Part shown: positions 1 to 9,006 of the stretch, in pieces | Numbering within the stretch: position 1 is the stretch's first letter | Layout: each line of letters begins with the position of its first letter | DNA from: a virus | IMG/VR virus record: IMGVR_UViG_3300021594_000641 | Coordinates: 1-64,000 of that record | Direction: 5' to 3' (one strand) | DNA: 64,000 nucleotides | The notes under the pieces: generated by a model | The model's database searches: none | Told to the model about the DNA's origin: nothing | The model's input: only the letters and a program-made list of their open reading frames with translations | Translations under genes and position numbers: made by a program

Positions 1-78
1 TGCTCCAGCAGTCTGGAGTTTTCCCATATAAGGTTTTTGAACATCCTTTCCCAGTAGAAAGCTGGGTCATTGTCATCC

Positions 79-351
79 TCACTCATCACTCCCCTCCTTC
101 GCCCGGCAACGGGCCGATTGGTCGCCAGTAGTAAGATTTTCGGGATAAGGCAAACTAGGGTCCCAAGACCCGTAAGCCCAATACCCTACAACTTTACCGT
201 TCTCGTCCAAGGCAGCCATCTCAGAGACCGCTCCTCCTATAGTGTCTTTAACAACAAATCTAATCTGCATAAACTTACCTCCTACCTCAGTTGCTACCAG
301 ACCTGTCCTGAACGGCAAGGCTGTCAGCAAAAGCCCACAACTCAATGTCAA
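79..351 (-). CDS. hypothetical protein
   Basis: ORF in the dominant minus-strand gene run; no recognisable motif. Confidence 0.45.
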   Translation of the reverse strand: MTLSCGLLLTALPFRTGLVATEVGGKFMQIRFVVKDTIGGAVSEMAALDENGKVVGYWAYGSWDPSLPYPENLTTGDQSARCRAKEGSDE

Positions 352-550
352 AAAAAGCAGAGTCGTGTTCCTCCATCGCTTTTCTGTGCTTGGCTATAGC
401 CGATATAAGTTCAGAGTTTTGAAGCCCAAGATACGTCACAGTTTCTACAAGGTTTTGTTTCTCCTCTTCCAAGGCGGAAACCCTTTTACGCAAACCGTCA
501 ATAACCCAGCCAGCCTCTCCGCCATCTGCGTCATAATTGTCTTTGCTCAC
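287..550 (-). CDS. hypothetical coiled-coil protein
   Basis: Heptad-like segment LRKRVSALEEEKQNL; GGAG upstream of ATG. Confidence 0.55.
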   Translation of the reverse strand: MSKDNYDADGGEAGWVIDGLRKRVSALEEEKQNLVETVTYLGLQNSELISAIAKHRKAMEEHDSAFFDIELWAFADSLAVQDRSGSN

Positions 551-570
551 AGACTTTCTCCTTTATAGGT

Positions 571-1695
571 TTAAAATATGTACCTGATCTGGCAGTAAGG
601 TAGGAATAAAGAAAGTATGGACTTTAAGTTATCTACGGCTTCTGCCTTAAAATTATTCTTGTATCTAAGGTTGACCATGCCGTTTTGAGACAACTTTCTC
701 TGTTGTATAACAGGAAGTCCAAATTTATTTTTGGACTTGTCGTTCTCGTCATCCCAGTGCCTCCAAAGGTACTTCTCTTCAGCTTGAGGATGCCATTGCA
801 TGTTTAACTCATGCAACTTTTCGTTGTGAGTTAAAAATATTACTTCAGCTTTTAGTTGCTCCTTTGCCTTAGAAGACAAAACGTCGTCGAGCTGTGTAAA
901 CAAATCCGCGTAGTCTCTTTGCCATCCTTCATAGAGTATTACGGGGCTAAGGTTTATGTGTACCTCGTACCCAGCGTCTACGAAATCGTTTATAGCGGAT
1001 ATTCGTTCAGCTATTGAGCTGGTACGAACATCAACTACTTTAGAAACGCTCTCAGGCATGAGGCTAAACCTAACCCTAGTTTTTAGCTGAGGGTCATACC
1101 CAAGAAGTTGCCTGTTTACAAACTTAGTGGCAAAGCTGGCTTTGCCGTTGGGGGTGCTGACAAAAGACTTGATCAAATCTTTTACGTTATCGCTTACAAG
1201 ATCATCGACAGAACAATCATTGTTCTCTCCGATATCCCAAGTCCAATAAACGGGGTCACACTGGGTGTTTTCAGGCGTAAGTATTTTTGCGCCTAGCTTT
1301 TCACACTTACGCCTTATGTGCGCTATAACTTTGCATATATTAGCGAAAACGGCTATAGGGTTAGCGTAGCCTTTACGCCTAGCTACGTAACAATAAGAAC
1401 AAGCCATGGCGCAGCCAGAGCTGTGAGACGGGGCGATCCAGTCCGTAGACCTGGAGTTGGGCCTAGAAGCTATAGCAGTCTTTACGCCAAGAACAAGAGT
1501 TTGAGCTTTTGTCTTGTTCCACTCTCTAACCATGTCTGGGTTATTGTTGAGTTCTTCGATACGCCAATGGCTATCTACAAGTATTTTGTTTTCTACGTCT
1601 TTGTACTTGTTGAATATTTCTTTTCCCCTAGGAAAGTTTAAAGCTTTAGCGTCATAGTAAAGGGTGTTGATATTCAAAAGGCTAGCGGCATCCAT
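571..1695 (-). CDS. splB: spore photoproduct lyase family radical SAM protein
   Basis: CxxxCxxC motif SGCAMACSYCYV; TKFVN and RVRFSL motifs typical of SplB-like proteins; start moved to MDAAS (1695), which follows AGGAG. Confidence 0.85.
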   Translation of the reverse strand: MDAASLLNINTLYYDAKALNFPRGKEIFNKYKDVENKILVDSHWRIEELNNNPDMVREWNKTKAQTLVLGVKTAIASRPNSRSTDWIAPSHSSGCAMACSYCYVARRKGYANPIAVFANICKVIAHIRRKCEKLGAKILTPENTQCDPVYWTWDIGENNDCSVDDLVSDNVKDLIKSFVSTPNGKASFATKFVNRQLLGYDPQLKTRVRFSLMPESVSKVVDVRTSSIAERISAINDFVDAGYEVHINLSPVILYEGWQRDYADLFTQLDDVLSSKAKEQLKAEVIFLTHNEKLHELNMQWHPQAEEKYLWRHWDDENDKSKNKFGLPVIQQRKLSQNGMVNLRYKNNFKAEAVDNLKSILSLFLPYCQIRYIF

Positions 1696-1715
1696 GTCAG
1701 TGTCTCCTTGTAAAA

Positions 1716-1767
1716 AATAAACAAAAAACAAAAGGTTGGTACTTAGCGATAAGTACCAACCTTTTGT
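1716..1767 (-). terminator. intrinsic terminator with 18-bp perfect stem
   Basis: ACAAAAGGTTGGTACTTA-GCGA-TAAGTACCAACCTTTTGT (1728-1767), followed by a U-rich tract on the minus strand. Confidence 0.75.
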
Positions 1768-1782
1768 ACGTAAAAGTTTTAG

Positions 1783-2262
1783 TTACTGCGCCTCCTTCCG
1801 TAAACGCCTGATTTCTTCAATAAGCCTGGGTATAGCGGCTTTAGCCTCACATATGAACAACAGGTTGCTGTCATGGGTGTCAGCTGTATCCGCTAGCCTT
1901 GGAGACTGCAGCAAGGTTATCGCCACAGTCTTGGTGGAGTCCTGGTCATAGATATACCCGTCGTGTTGAAACCCTTTACCGGGGTCAACGCTTATCCAAC
2001 GGGCGTTCATGCACATGTCATCGTCACCAGCCCTGGGATACCACAGGCCTGGCGTTGTCTGGTTGTGCAGCTTTTCCAAAAGAACCAAGTAATCCTCGTC
2101 CATCTTGTCTCGATGAAATTGGATGTTAACCTGGTCTGTCTCTTCTGGTGTTAACTTTAAAAAATCATTGAAGTCGCCACTGACCCAGCCTTTAGCTTCA
2201 TCTTTACTAATTGGGTCGTCTACGTTGTATTCAACTTTCAAATAAAGCTTATCGTTGCTCAT
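1783..2262 (-). CDS. hypothetical phage protein
   Basis: 159-aa ORF ending in ...AIPRLIEEIRRLR, a common phage-protein C-terminus. Confidence 0.65.
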   Translation of the reverse strand: MSNDKLYLKVEYNVDDPISKDEAKGWVSGDFNDFLKLTPEETDQVNIQFHRDKMDEDYLVLLEKLHNQTTPGLWYPRAGDDDMCMNARWISVDPGKGFQHDGYIYDQDSTKTVAITLLQSPRLADTADTHDSNLLFICEAKAAIPRLIEEIRRLRKEAQ

Positions 2263-2316
2263 GCCAGACCCTTCCTGGTTCTGATTAAACCTTTTTGAAA
2301 GCCATAGAAACTTATA

Positions 2317-2432
2317 AAGCCCTGGAGGGACTCAAACCCTCATTTCCCCTTACGCACTGGGGGTGTCCTCGTTGCAACTATTAAACGGTGCGCACGCTTA
2401 TTTGCAACAGGCCTCAATTAGACGACAGGGCG
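2317..2432 (-). pseudogene. tRNA-like element with a hairpin insertion in the D-loop
   Basis: Minus strand: acceptor GCCCTG/CAGGGC, D-stem GTCT/AGGAC, T-arm GAGGG-TTTGAGT-CCCTC; about 40-nt insert in the D-loop; enlarged non-canonical anticodon loop. Confidence 0.6.
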
Positions 2433-2438
2433 TTTTGG

Positions 2439-2630
2439 TTATTCTTCGGTAGCGCAGACTACCTTGCGCACCCGAAACTCAGAGCGGTACAGGCCTGTTA
2501 GCCGTTCCAAGTCCGACAGTGCTTTTTTCTCAGCATCTTCGGGGGAAGCCGCTTTTAAAAACAAAACTTTTTGAGGGTTTTGCACAAAAGGCATTCTTTG
2601 CCACACAACCTTCCATTCTAAGTCACCCAT
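2439..2630 (-). CDS. hypothetical protein
   Basis: ORF in the minus-strand run. Confidence 0.55.
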   Translation of the reverse strand: MGDLEWKVVWQRMPFVQNPQKVLFLKAASPEDAEKKALSDLERLTGLYRSEFRVRKVVCATEE

Positions 2631-2640
2631 CAGGATCCTC

Positions 2641-2967
2641 CTAAAGCATAGAACAATACTCTGGCTTTAGACGCCATTCCATAAGCCGCCTTGCGTGATT
2701 TGAAACACGGGAAGACTTTAAGAATCGACCTGTGTGTTCAAACTCACAAGAACGGAATAAAGACCCCGCAGCTGGACCGAGGGTCTTTATTCCGTGTCTT
2801 TCAAAAAGAACTTCGCCAACATCGTCTGCGGTGCATGAACCTCTGCTTCGACATAGCTCCATGGCTATAGCTCTAGCTAGCTGAAGGGGAACAACGCTAT
2901 TAGCGGCTCCGGCTCTCATTCCTGAAATTTTTAAAGATTCAGAAACGCCAGCGTCGAACATAGTCAT
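2641..2967 (-). CDS. hypothetical phage protein
   Basis: ORF with GAGG RBS upstream. Confidence 0.65.
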   Translation of the reverse strand: MTMFDAGVSESLKISGMRAGAANSVVPLQLARAIAMELCRSRGSCTADDVGEVLFERHGIKTLGPAAGSLFRSCEFEHTGRFLKSSRVSNHARRLMEWRLKPEYCSML

Positions 2968-3020
2968 GGTACTTACCTCACGCCAGGGTGTGCCCGTGAC
3001 ATGATAGTAGAAACAGCACG

Positions 3021-3578
3021 TCAGTCAAGCGCTCGGAAAAGTTGATTGATGGCTTCCTCAAAACCATCAGACGAAAAGTCTGACAAGATCTGCTCTTCTT
3101 TAACAGAAGGCAGGTACGTGTCTTCAGCTGGCGAAGACACAACGGCTTCTTGCTTTGGTGCCTCTGTTTTGCGGGGTCTTCCGCGCTTTCTGGTCAAAAC
3201 TGGGAGTTGAGTCGGTTTTTGTTTAGGGCTCGAGGAAGGTCGTGTTTTGCAAGACCCCGTGAGGGCCGCGTGCTTTGCCATAAGCAAAGATGCGAGCATG
3301 TCGTTCATTACGATGACATTCCTAAGACGAGAACCGTTTGGCTCCCTCAAGGAATGCAGCACAGGCTCTGGAAGCATGACTCCGCTGGATTTCAAAGCAT
3401 TGAACCTTTTGATGACTGCCGTCCTGGTCATGTGTAAAGCCTCCGCTACAGCCTCAATACCAAGGTCGTGGAATAATATCCAAGCCGCCGCAAAGATACC
3501 AACCGGCTTTGTCTTTTCTTTCTTATCTGGGTAATAACCAAGATAAAGACAAAGGTCTTGGTAAATCTTCTTACTCAC
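3021..3578 (-). CDS. putative DNA-binding protein (HTH plus AT-hook)
   Basis: HTH-like IEAVAEALHMTRTAVIKRFNAL; AT-hook RKRGRPRK; AGGAG RBS. Confidence 0.6.
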   Translation of the reverse strand: MSKKIYQDLCLYLGYYPDKKEKTKPVGIFAAAWILFHDLGIEAVAEALHMTRTAVIKRFNALKSSGVMLPEPVLHSLREPNGSRLRNVIVMNDMLASLLMAKHAALTGSCKTRPSSSPKQKPTQLPVLTRKRGRPRKTEAPKQEAVVSSPAEDTYLPSVKEEQILSDFSSDGFEEAINQLFRALD

Positions 3579-3632
3579 GTTCGTCTCCTTTCAAAAAGGG
3601 GATGAAAGACCTAATCCAAAAGATAGTAGTTT

Positions 3633-3854
3633 ATATACCCGGTATCATGTAGACCTTGTTCGTCTCTTTCTTCTTTTTAAGAAGAAAGAATACACCTAAA
3701 AAAAAATTTACTCTAAACAAGTTAACTTTCTAAACATTACTTATTTGATAAACATTAAATTAAAAAAGCATTTTTGAGTAAATTTTTTTTTGAGTATATT
3801 CTTTCTTCTATAAGAAGAAAGAAACGAACAAGGTCTACATGATACCGGGTATAT
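3633..3854. repeat. about 80-bp long inverted repeat around a 62-bp AT-rich core
   Basis: Arms 3633-3713 and 3776-3854; outer 31 bp (ATATACCCGGTATCATGTAGACCTTGTTCGT) are perfect reverse complements; each arm contains an inner palindrome TCTTTCTTCT...AGAAGAAAGA. Confidence 0.95.
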
Positions 3855-3927
3855 CTTAACATATACTTAGTTTAAACAAAATAACCCGCGTGAAAACTTT
3901 TACGCTCTCACGCGGGCTATTGTTTGT

Positions 3928-4215
3928 TTACGACTCTAGAACTTCTAGAAACTTCCAGAGGACTTTCTTTAGGTCTTCGATCTCAGCGTCACCGTTCAAC
4001 CTTATTGAGACGGTGTCGACAGGGCTGGCTTTGAAAGCCGAGTTATCTGCAGGAGGAAAAGCCCGCACGTAAGAAGCTGCCGAAGACCCAGGGTGAAAGA
4101 TAAACGTGATCAACGTAGCAGAGTCTTCTCCGCCGGTCTTTCCGGTTGTCTGGATCCTTGCTCCTAGGACGTCTCCGTCAAAGTGCCCCTTCTTTATCAG
4201 CTGGTTTATCCGCAC
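3928..4215 (-). CDS. hypothetical protein
   Basis: ORF in the minus-strand run. Confidence 0.6.
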   Translation of the reverse strand: MRINQLIKKGHFDGDVLGARIQTTGKTGGEDSATLITFIFHPGSSAASYVRAFPPADNSAFKASPVDTVSIRLNGDAEIEDLKKVLWKFLEVLES

Positions 4216-4402
4216 TGCTGGGCTCCTTCCTCTTTAAACTTTTTTGCTTTGACTTTGGTAAAGTCACGGTCATTAGTACCTCGACCTTTACTTTTAACTC
4301 TTCTACCTCCTTTTCCAGAATTATTATCCTTGCCAGCGCCGAGTGTAACCTTTCTGTCGCATCCAGAGCCAACTTGGCTGCATCCAGGTTCGTCGTTGCC
4401 AT
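4178..4402 (-). CDS. hypothetical coiled-coil protein
   Basis: Heptad pattern ILEKEVEELKVKVEVL; AGGA upstream. Confidence 0.55.
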   Translation of the reverse strand: MATTNLDAAKLALDATERLHSALARIIILEKEVEELKVKVEVLMTVTLPKSKQKSLKRKEPSSADKPADKEGAL

Positions 4403-4649
4403 TTCTTTCCTTTATGACTACCACTTTGCTATCCGTTTCAACCCAGACAGTAGCCCCGCAAGACAGCGGTTTGTCAGGGCTGTACACAACGACAGAAGGG
4501 CCAAGTATAGCCACTTTTTTGGCGTATACGTTGGCCCCTTTTGACTTGACTGTTATTACTGGCTTACTTTCCCCTTTCTTCTTGTTTGACCTTATCACGT
4601 GCTGATTCACATGAATCTTGGTCACCACTTCAACTCCTCCTTGTCGCAC
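4206..4649 (-). CDS. conserved phage protein (IHVNQH...VYSPDKPLSCGA family)
   Basis: IHVNQHVIRSN...PVITVK...VYSPDKPLSCGATVWVET matches a widespread small phage protein; the last ~65 aa overlap 4178-4402 and may be spurious. Confidence 0.7.
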   Translation of the reverse strand: MRQGGVEVVTKIHVNQHVIRSNKKKGESKPVITVKSKGANVYAKKVAILGPSVVVYSPDKPLSCGATVWVETDSKVVVIKERNGNDEPGCSQVGSGCDRKVTLGAGKDNNSGKGGRRVKSKGRGTNDRDFTKVKAKKFKEEGAQQCG

Positions 4650-4816
4650 TCGTCCAAAGCTTTTTCAAGCTTGTCTACCTTTTCCAAAAGAACCTCTATC
4701 GCGGCAATGGCTTCACTCCTGTAGTAGGCGTCTATAGACGGCCAGTTACCAGAATTGTCCACCTTGGCGTCTTTCAAACTTTGCAAAACTTTTTTTGGGT
4801 CTGTTCCTGCAGGCAT
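4622..4816 (-). CDS. hypothetical protein
   Basis: ORF preceded by GGAGG RBS. Confidence 0.6.
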   Translation of the reverse strand: MPAGTDPKKVLQSLKDAKVDNSGNWPSIDAYYRSEAIAAIEVLLEKVDKLEKALDECDKEELKW

Positions 4817-4827
4817 GTGGTTCCTCC

Positions 4828-5130
4828 TTAAACTTTTAGCCCTACTTTACTGGCTACCTTCTCTAAGGTCTTCCAGTACTCGCCCTGCTTCTTCCTTATA
4901 CTTTTGTCCACCTCCTTGCCTATCTTGTTAACTGTCCTGTCATCAAAGTCCGCGTCCTTCACGGCTGTGACAGTTTCAGTCAAGTCTTCCATGACTGTAG
5001 GGTTCGCGCCAGAAAACACGACAACCGTGAAAGCTACTTTTATTTCACGGTTGTCGTGATACACCCAGGACTTTATTCCTTTCTTATTGTGACTGGTCCT
5101 GTGCAGTCTCTGCCACTTTCCGCTTAGCAC
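4828..5130 (-). CDS. hypothetical protein
   Basis: ORF in the minus-strand run; true start uncertain. Confidence 0.5.
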   Translation of the reverse strand: MLSGKWQRLHRTSHNKKGIKSWVYHDNREIKVAFTVVVFSGANPTVMEDLTETVTAVKDADFDDRTVNKIGKEVDKSIRKKQGEYWKTLEKVASKVGLKV

Positions 5131-6826
5131 GCAATCTCCTTTTAAGTATCAAAGTTTTGTTTGTTTTTAGTACCTGTATAAGTTCTTTATAAGCTTCCCA
5201 GTCGCTGTTTTCCATACCGATAACTAGCATAAAATACTCTATCTGTTTGTTCCTTTCAAAAATGTAACTAAATGGACGAGTGGAAACGACCTGCTTTATC
5301 AAAGGCTCAGCCGTGTCATAAAAAGTTTTTAGCCTTCTCGCCACAAGAACGGTCAACGTGTGCCTTTCTCCTTGTTGTTCTGAAGTGGCTGACGCTCCAT
5401 TACCTATACTCTCTTCAAACTTTTGAAGCTCTGTCTTTTTTTCTATATACTTAGATAAATTTTTTGATGCTCCTTCTATAGCTGCTTGCAAAATTCTTTC
5501 TTTAAAACCAAAACCAAAATCTTCACCATCGATCTCTGCGCAGCTATTGTCGTAAAAGCCTAAGCCGTCTCTAAGCCTTCTTTCTGCTTTTTCTAGTTCT
5601 TCTAGAACGCTTTCTCTAAACTTTGGATTCTCTTCAAACAATTTTTTTATTAAAATTCGTTCTTGCCTGTTGTTGTCTATAAACAAGTTGTGCAATAAAA
5701 ATATGCTCCTCTCTCCTTCTTGCTTCAACTTGCTGTGAACCAAATACCATCTAGCGTACGCCAGCGTACTTTCTTTGTTTTCTTTTTTTCCATTTTCTGA
5801 CAGCCAGGCTCTTCTGAAATAGAAAAGCATGTCATGCAACTCAGACTCTATACGGTTAATAACATTTTGTCTTTCTGTCTTGTAATTTTCAGGGACAGAG
5901 CAGCTGACTATTTTTTCTATGACTGAGTCCAAAATATTCTTGTCAAAGAAAAGAAAAACTTGGATAACCAAATGACTAAACACACAGCTGTGCCTAGTCT
6001 TTTCTATGTAGTTAAACAACGTGTTAAATTGTGCAAGAAAACTTGACCTGTCATCGTCGTTTTCTTTTACCCAAGCATATTTATCTAAAGCCTCTTTTAA
6101 CTCCTGCAGCTTTTCTTCAATAACCTGGTTTTGAAATTTAACTAAAACATTTGGTCTTATGCAATCAACACAGGTTATTAAAATTTTTAGTCCTTCTATG
6201 TCGATGTGGTTTTCTATTCCAAAAATTTCTCTTATTGCTTTTTCATCTCCAATCACTCCTTTGTTGTGAAGGTATTTATGCACATCCGACGTAGTTATAC
6301 CTCTGTATTTATACTCAAATCGACTATAGAAAAATTGTTTTATAAGAGACTCAAGGCCTGGCCATCTTTCTTTTATTACGTCTATGCCATATTCCACGGC
6401 CCCGCTTTCAAACTTTAAGATTACTTCTTCTATCTCCTCTAAACGACTTCCTGTTTTTTTGGCGTACTCTGTAGCCGCTTTTATAAGAGGCCAAGGAACG
6501 TCAAATACAGTTTCGTTTTTATCCATAACTTCCTTTATTCTTTTTACTATCTCTTCTTTTATGGCGTTTGACCCTTCTTTACCCATTCTTCTTAAAACAA
6601 ATTGATACAAACCTCTTGGTAGGTATTCATTCCTGTTTTCTTCTGTTGCCTTTGTCATACCTAAGAGCCTTAGAAAATCTTCTCCAGACATGATCATATT
6701 TTCAATAAACGTTTCAAACTCAAATATCCCCATTTCTTCAAATTTTTCTTCCATTACCTCCTTGGGTTTTTGCGCCTTCTCAAGCTTTTCCAGAAACTCC
6801 ATACCCTGGCTTGTTATCTCCAACAT
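5084..6826 (-). CDS. large alpha-helical hypothetical protein with YA-x-R(W/L)-x-E repeats
   Basis: 580 aa; ATEYAKKTGSRLEEIE and AVEYGIDVIKERWPGLE; GGAG RBS. Confidence 0.75.
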   Translation of the reverse strand: MLEITSQGMEFLEKLEKAQKPKEVMEEKFEEMGIFEFETFIENMIMSGEDFLRLLGMTKATEENRNEYLPRGLYQFVLRRMGKEGSNAIKEEIVKRIKEVMDKNETVFDVPWPLIKAATEYAKKTGSRLEEIEEVILKFESGAVEYGIDVIKERWPGLESLIKQFFYSRFEYKYRGITTSDVHKYLHNKGVIGDEKAIREIFGIENHIDIEGLKILITCVDCIRPNVLVKFQNQVIEEKLQELKEALDKYAWVKENDDDRSSFLAQFNTLFNYIEKTRHSCVFSHLVIQVFLFFDKNILDSVIEKIVSCSVPENYKTERQNVINRIESELHDMLFYFRRAWLSENGKKENKESTLAYARWYLVHSKLKQEGERSIFLLHNLFIDNNRQERILIKKLFEENPKFRESVLEELEKAERRLRDGLGFYDNSCAEIDGEDFGFGFKERILQAAIEGASKNLSKYIEKKTELQKFEESIGNGASATSEQQGERHTLTVLVARRLKTFYDTAEPLIKQVVSTRPFSYIFERNKQIEYFMLVIGMENSDWEAYKELIQVLKTNKTLILKRRLRAKRKVAETAQDQSQ

Positions 6827-6829
6827 GGC

Positions 6830-8029
6830 TCACTCTCCTTTTTTGAATTTGACCAGGTGCCTGGCGTAAACTTCCGCCAGGCTAACACGACCAGACGCCA
6901 CTATCATTTTCTCTACGTACTCTGTTCCTCCTTTTGTGGCTTTGATGAATTTTTCAATTGTCCAACCAAATTGCCAGCGATAGAAAGCTGTACAATTATC
7001 AGCTTTCATGGCCTGGACCATCCAAAAGAAACATTCTTCTTTGTTTTCTTCTTTTATGTCGTGACCTTCCGCTATAAGATCAAACAAAGTTGACATAAAA
7101 GCATAAGGATGTTTTTCTAGTTCATCCCTGTACTCTTGCCAGTTTCCTTCTTTGCAATTTTCTTCATACCTTCCATAAAGCCACTCGTTAGTCAAAGAGT
7201 TGCTTCTAGGTATTTCTATCTCTCTCCCTTCTTCCCTAGCTTTTAGAATTTTATTCTTCCTAATAGCTTCTTCTTTTAAACCTTTTATAAGAACAGTCTC
7301 TATCCTTTCATTAGGCTTTCTTATAACTTTTACGTAATAAAAAAGAATTGCGGCTATTTTTTTGTCATAAACTTTGTCTTCATGATTTCTATAGCTTTCT
7401 AGATTTAAGCTAAGAACTATTGTTTCTAAAACACTTAGAAACTTGTTTTTAGCTTCGACGCTATTAATCGACTCAACGTAATCTTCCAAAAACTCTAGTA
7501 TAATTTCAGCGGCTTCTAGCTCGTTTATCTGTAGATTATTATTCCTAACCTCCAGTTGCTTACTTAAAAACAGCTCTGTTGTCCTTACAAGCTCTGCTTC
7601 TAACTCCTCCCATCTATCTTCATTTTCTGAGTTCTCGTCGGCATGTTTAAGAACCGAAGTGTATCGCGTGGCGTGCGCTACTGTACTCTTAAACGCTGTT
7701 TTATTATGAAACATTACTTCATAGTCAATTTCTCTAAGCTCTTTTATGATGAGGTCTTCTACAGGCTTAAACCTTTTATGCAAGATATAATTTGCATAGT
7801 CTGTAGCTATGTTTATAGACGTCAGAATTAATTCTTCGTAATGCGGATTTCCTACATAACTTCTGTTTTTATGGATTCGTCTATAGGCTTCGTACGCTGA
7901 CATGCCCTTGTCTGGTTTTTTAGCTTTAAATCTGCTTTCTCCTTCTTTGACAGCAACTTTTGGTTTGTACTTTTTAGCCTTATCTATGATCTGAGCCGCC
8001 TCGATCATCTTGTCAGCTACGTCTGTCAT
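6830..8029 (-). CDS. alpha-helical repeat hypothetical protein
   Basis: 399 aa; ATDYANYILHKRFKPVE, ATRYTSVL...RWEELE and LFYYVKVIRKPNERIE resemble the repeats of the neighbouring ORF. Confidence 0.75.
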   Translation of the reverse strand: MTDVADKMIEAAQIIDKAKKYKPKVAVKEGESRFKAKKPDKGMSAYEAYRRIHKNRSYVGNPHYEELILTSINIATDYANYILHKRFKPVEDLIIKELREIDYEVMFHNKTAFKSTVAHATRYTSVLKHADENSENEDRWEELEAELVRTTELFLSKQLEVRNNNLQINELEAAEIILEFLEDYVESINSVEAKNKFLSVLETIVLSLNLESYRNHEDKVYDKKIAAILFYYVKVIRKPNERIETVLIKGLKEEAIRKNKILKAREEGREIEIPRSNSLTNEWLYGRYEENCKEGNWQEYRDELEKHPYAFMSTLFDLIAEGHDIKEENKEECFFWMVQAMKADNCTAFYRWQFGWTIEKFIKATKGGTEYVEKMIVASGRVSLAEVYARHLVKFKKGE

Positions 8030-8322
8030 TTCTTGCTCCTGTCCTTGGTTAGTTCAAACTCAATCCTTGCCTTGATCTTGTCTACAACTTTTGAGATAGT
8101 CTCGGCATTTGGTGACTCATCTCCTTTAGGGCTTTCTCCTGGAATGACCCCAAGCTCTCTTAAGATCGACATGCAAAAATTCAAATCGTAATAGAGCTCA
8201 AAAAGATACTTGTCAGTCTTGCCTGACCCTATAGTTCTTCTTAGATACACCTCCTTCAATCTTTCTCTTATGTTTGCCAGCCGTTTGAACGGGTCTTTTA
8301 TGTGATTACGACCTATCGCCAT
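8026..8322 (-). CDS. hypothetical protein
   Basis: ORF with ATGA overlap to the next gene. Confidence 0.6.
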   Translation of the reverse strand: MAIGRNHIKDPFKRLANIRERLKEVYLRRTIGSGKTDKYLFELYYDLNFCMSILRELGVIPGESPKGDESPNAETISKVVDKIKARIEFELTKDRSKK

Positions 8323-8788
8323 CTTCGCTCCTCCACCAAAAAGGTTTTTCCCTGCCCTTCCAAGAAGCTATATTTTTCTTTCCTCCTATGTAATAAGCCC
8401 TGTATGCCTCTATTACACTTTCCCTTTTGTACTCGTCAGGCATAGCCTGAGGAGGTTCGGAGAAAGGGAACTCCGGAAGAAGAACCGACTGCTTTTTGCA
8501 ATCGTCTAGCACTTCTAAACACTTGTGTGTTTTTCCGTACCTGTATTGGTACTCAGAACACAAAGAAAACCCGAGAGCCACCAACCAATTAAAATTGGCC
8601 TGTGACTCTCGGGTCCATAAATTGCACGGATGGTTCTTATGAGCTTTTTTGTAGAGGGGCTTACCGCCGTGATACCACAGCGCCGTGCAAAGCAACTGCG
8701 CGGTTTCAAGCGGCATCTTGACTACATGTTTATCAAGATGCCACTTGGCGCATTCCTCTACGTCATAAGAAAGAACGAATATATTCAT
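8306..8788 (-). CDS. pyrimidine dimer DNA glycosylase / endonuclease V family protein
   Basis: MNIF...DKHVVKMPLETAQLL...HKNHPC.LW...N..WL......L..EY..RYGK.HK...PQAMPDEYK pattern. Confidence 0.8.
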   Translation of the reverse strand: MNIFVLSYDVEECAKWHLDKHVVKMPLETAQLLCTALWYHGGKPLYKKAHKNHPCNLWTRESQANFNWLVALGFSLCSEYQYRYGKTHKCLEVLDDCKKQSVLLPEFPFSEPPQAMPDEYKRESVIEAYRAYYIGGKKNIASWKGREKPFWWRSEDGDRS

Positions 8789-9006
8789 TCGTCTGTCGGC
8801 TTCATCTTCTCCTCCATGGTCTTCAAATACACCATCACAAATTCGTCAACCACTTGAGTGCTGTCAGAACCCTCGTATTTCTCCTTCATTCTCTTAAGCG
8901 TCTTAATCGCTTCGTCTCTGAGCTGCTCGTATGTCACAACCACTGTCAGCTTGACCATATAAACTCTCCTAGTCGCAACTAAGCCAACGATCCAGAACCA
9001 AAACAA
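8785..9006 (-). CDS. hypothetical protein
   Basis: ORF; probable start at MVKLTVV after a GGAGAG RBS. Confidence 0.5.
   Translation of the reverse strand: MFWFWIVGLVATRRVYMVKLTVVVTYEQLRDEAIKTLKRMKEKYEGSDSTQVVDEFVMVYLKTMEEKMKPTDE

Noticed and set aside
4206-4402. Genuine dual-coding overlap of 4206-4649 with 4178-4402
   Set aside because: The conserved domain ends near ETDSKV and the extension is low-complexity; a lost stop codon is the simpler explanation
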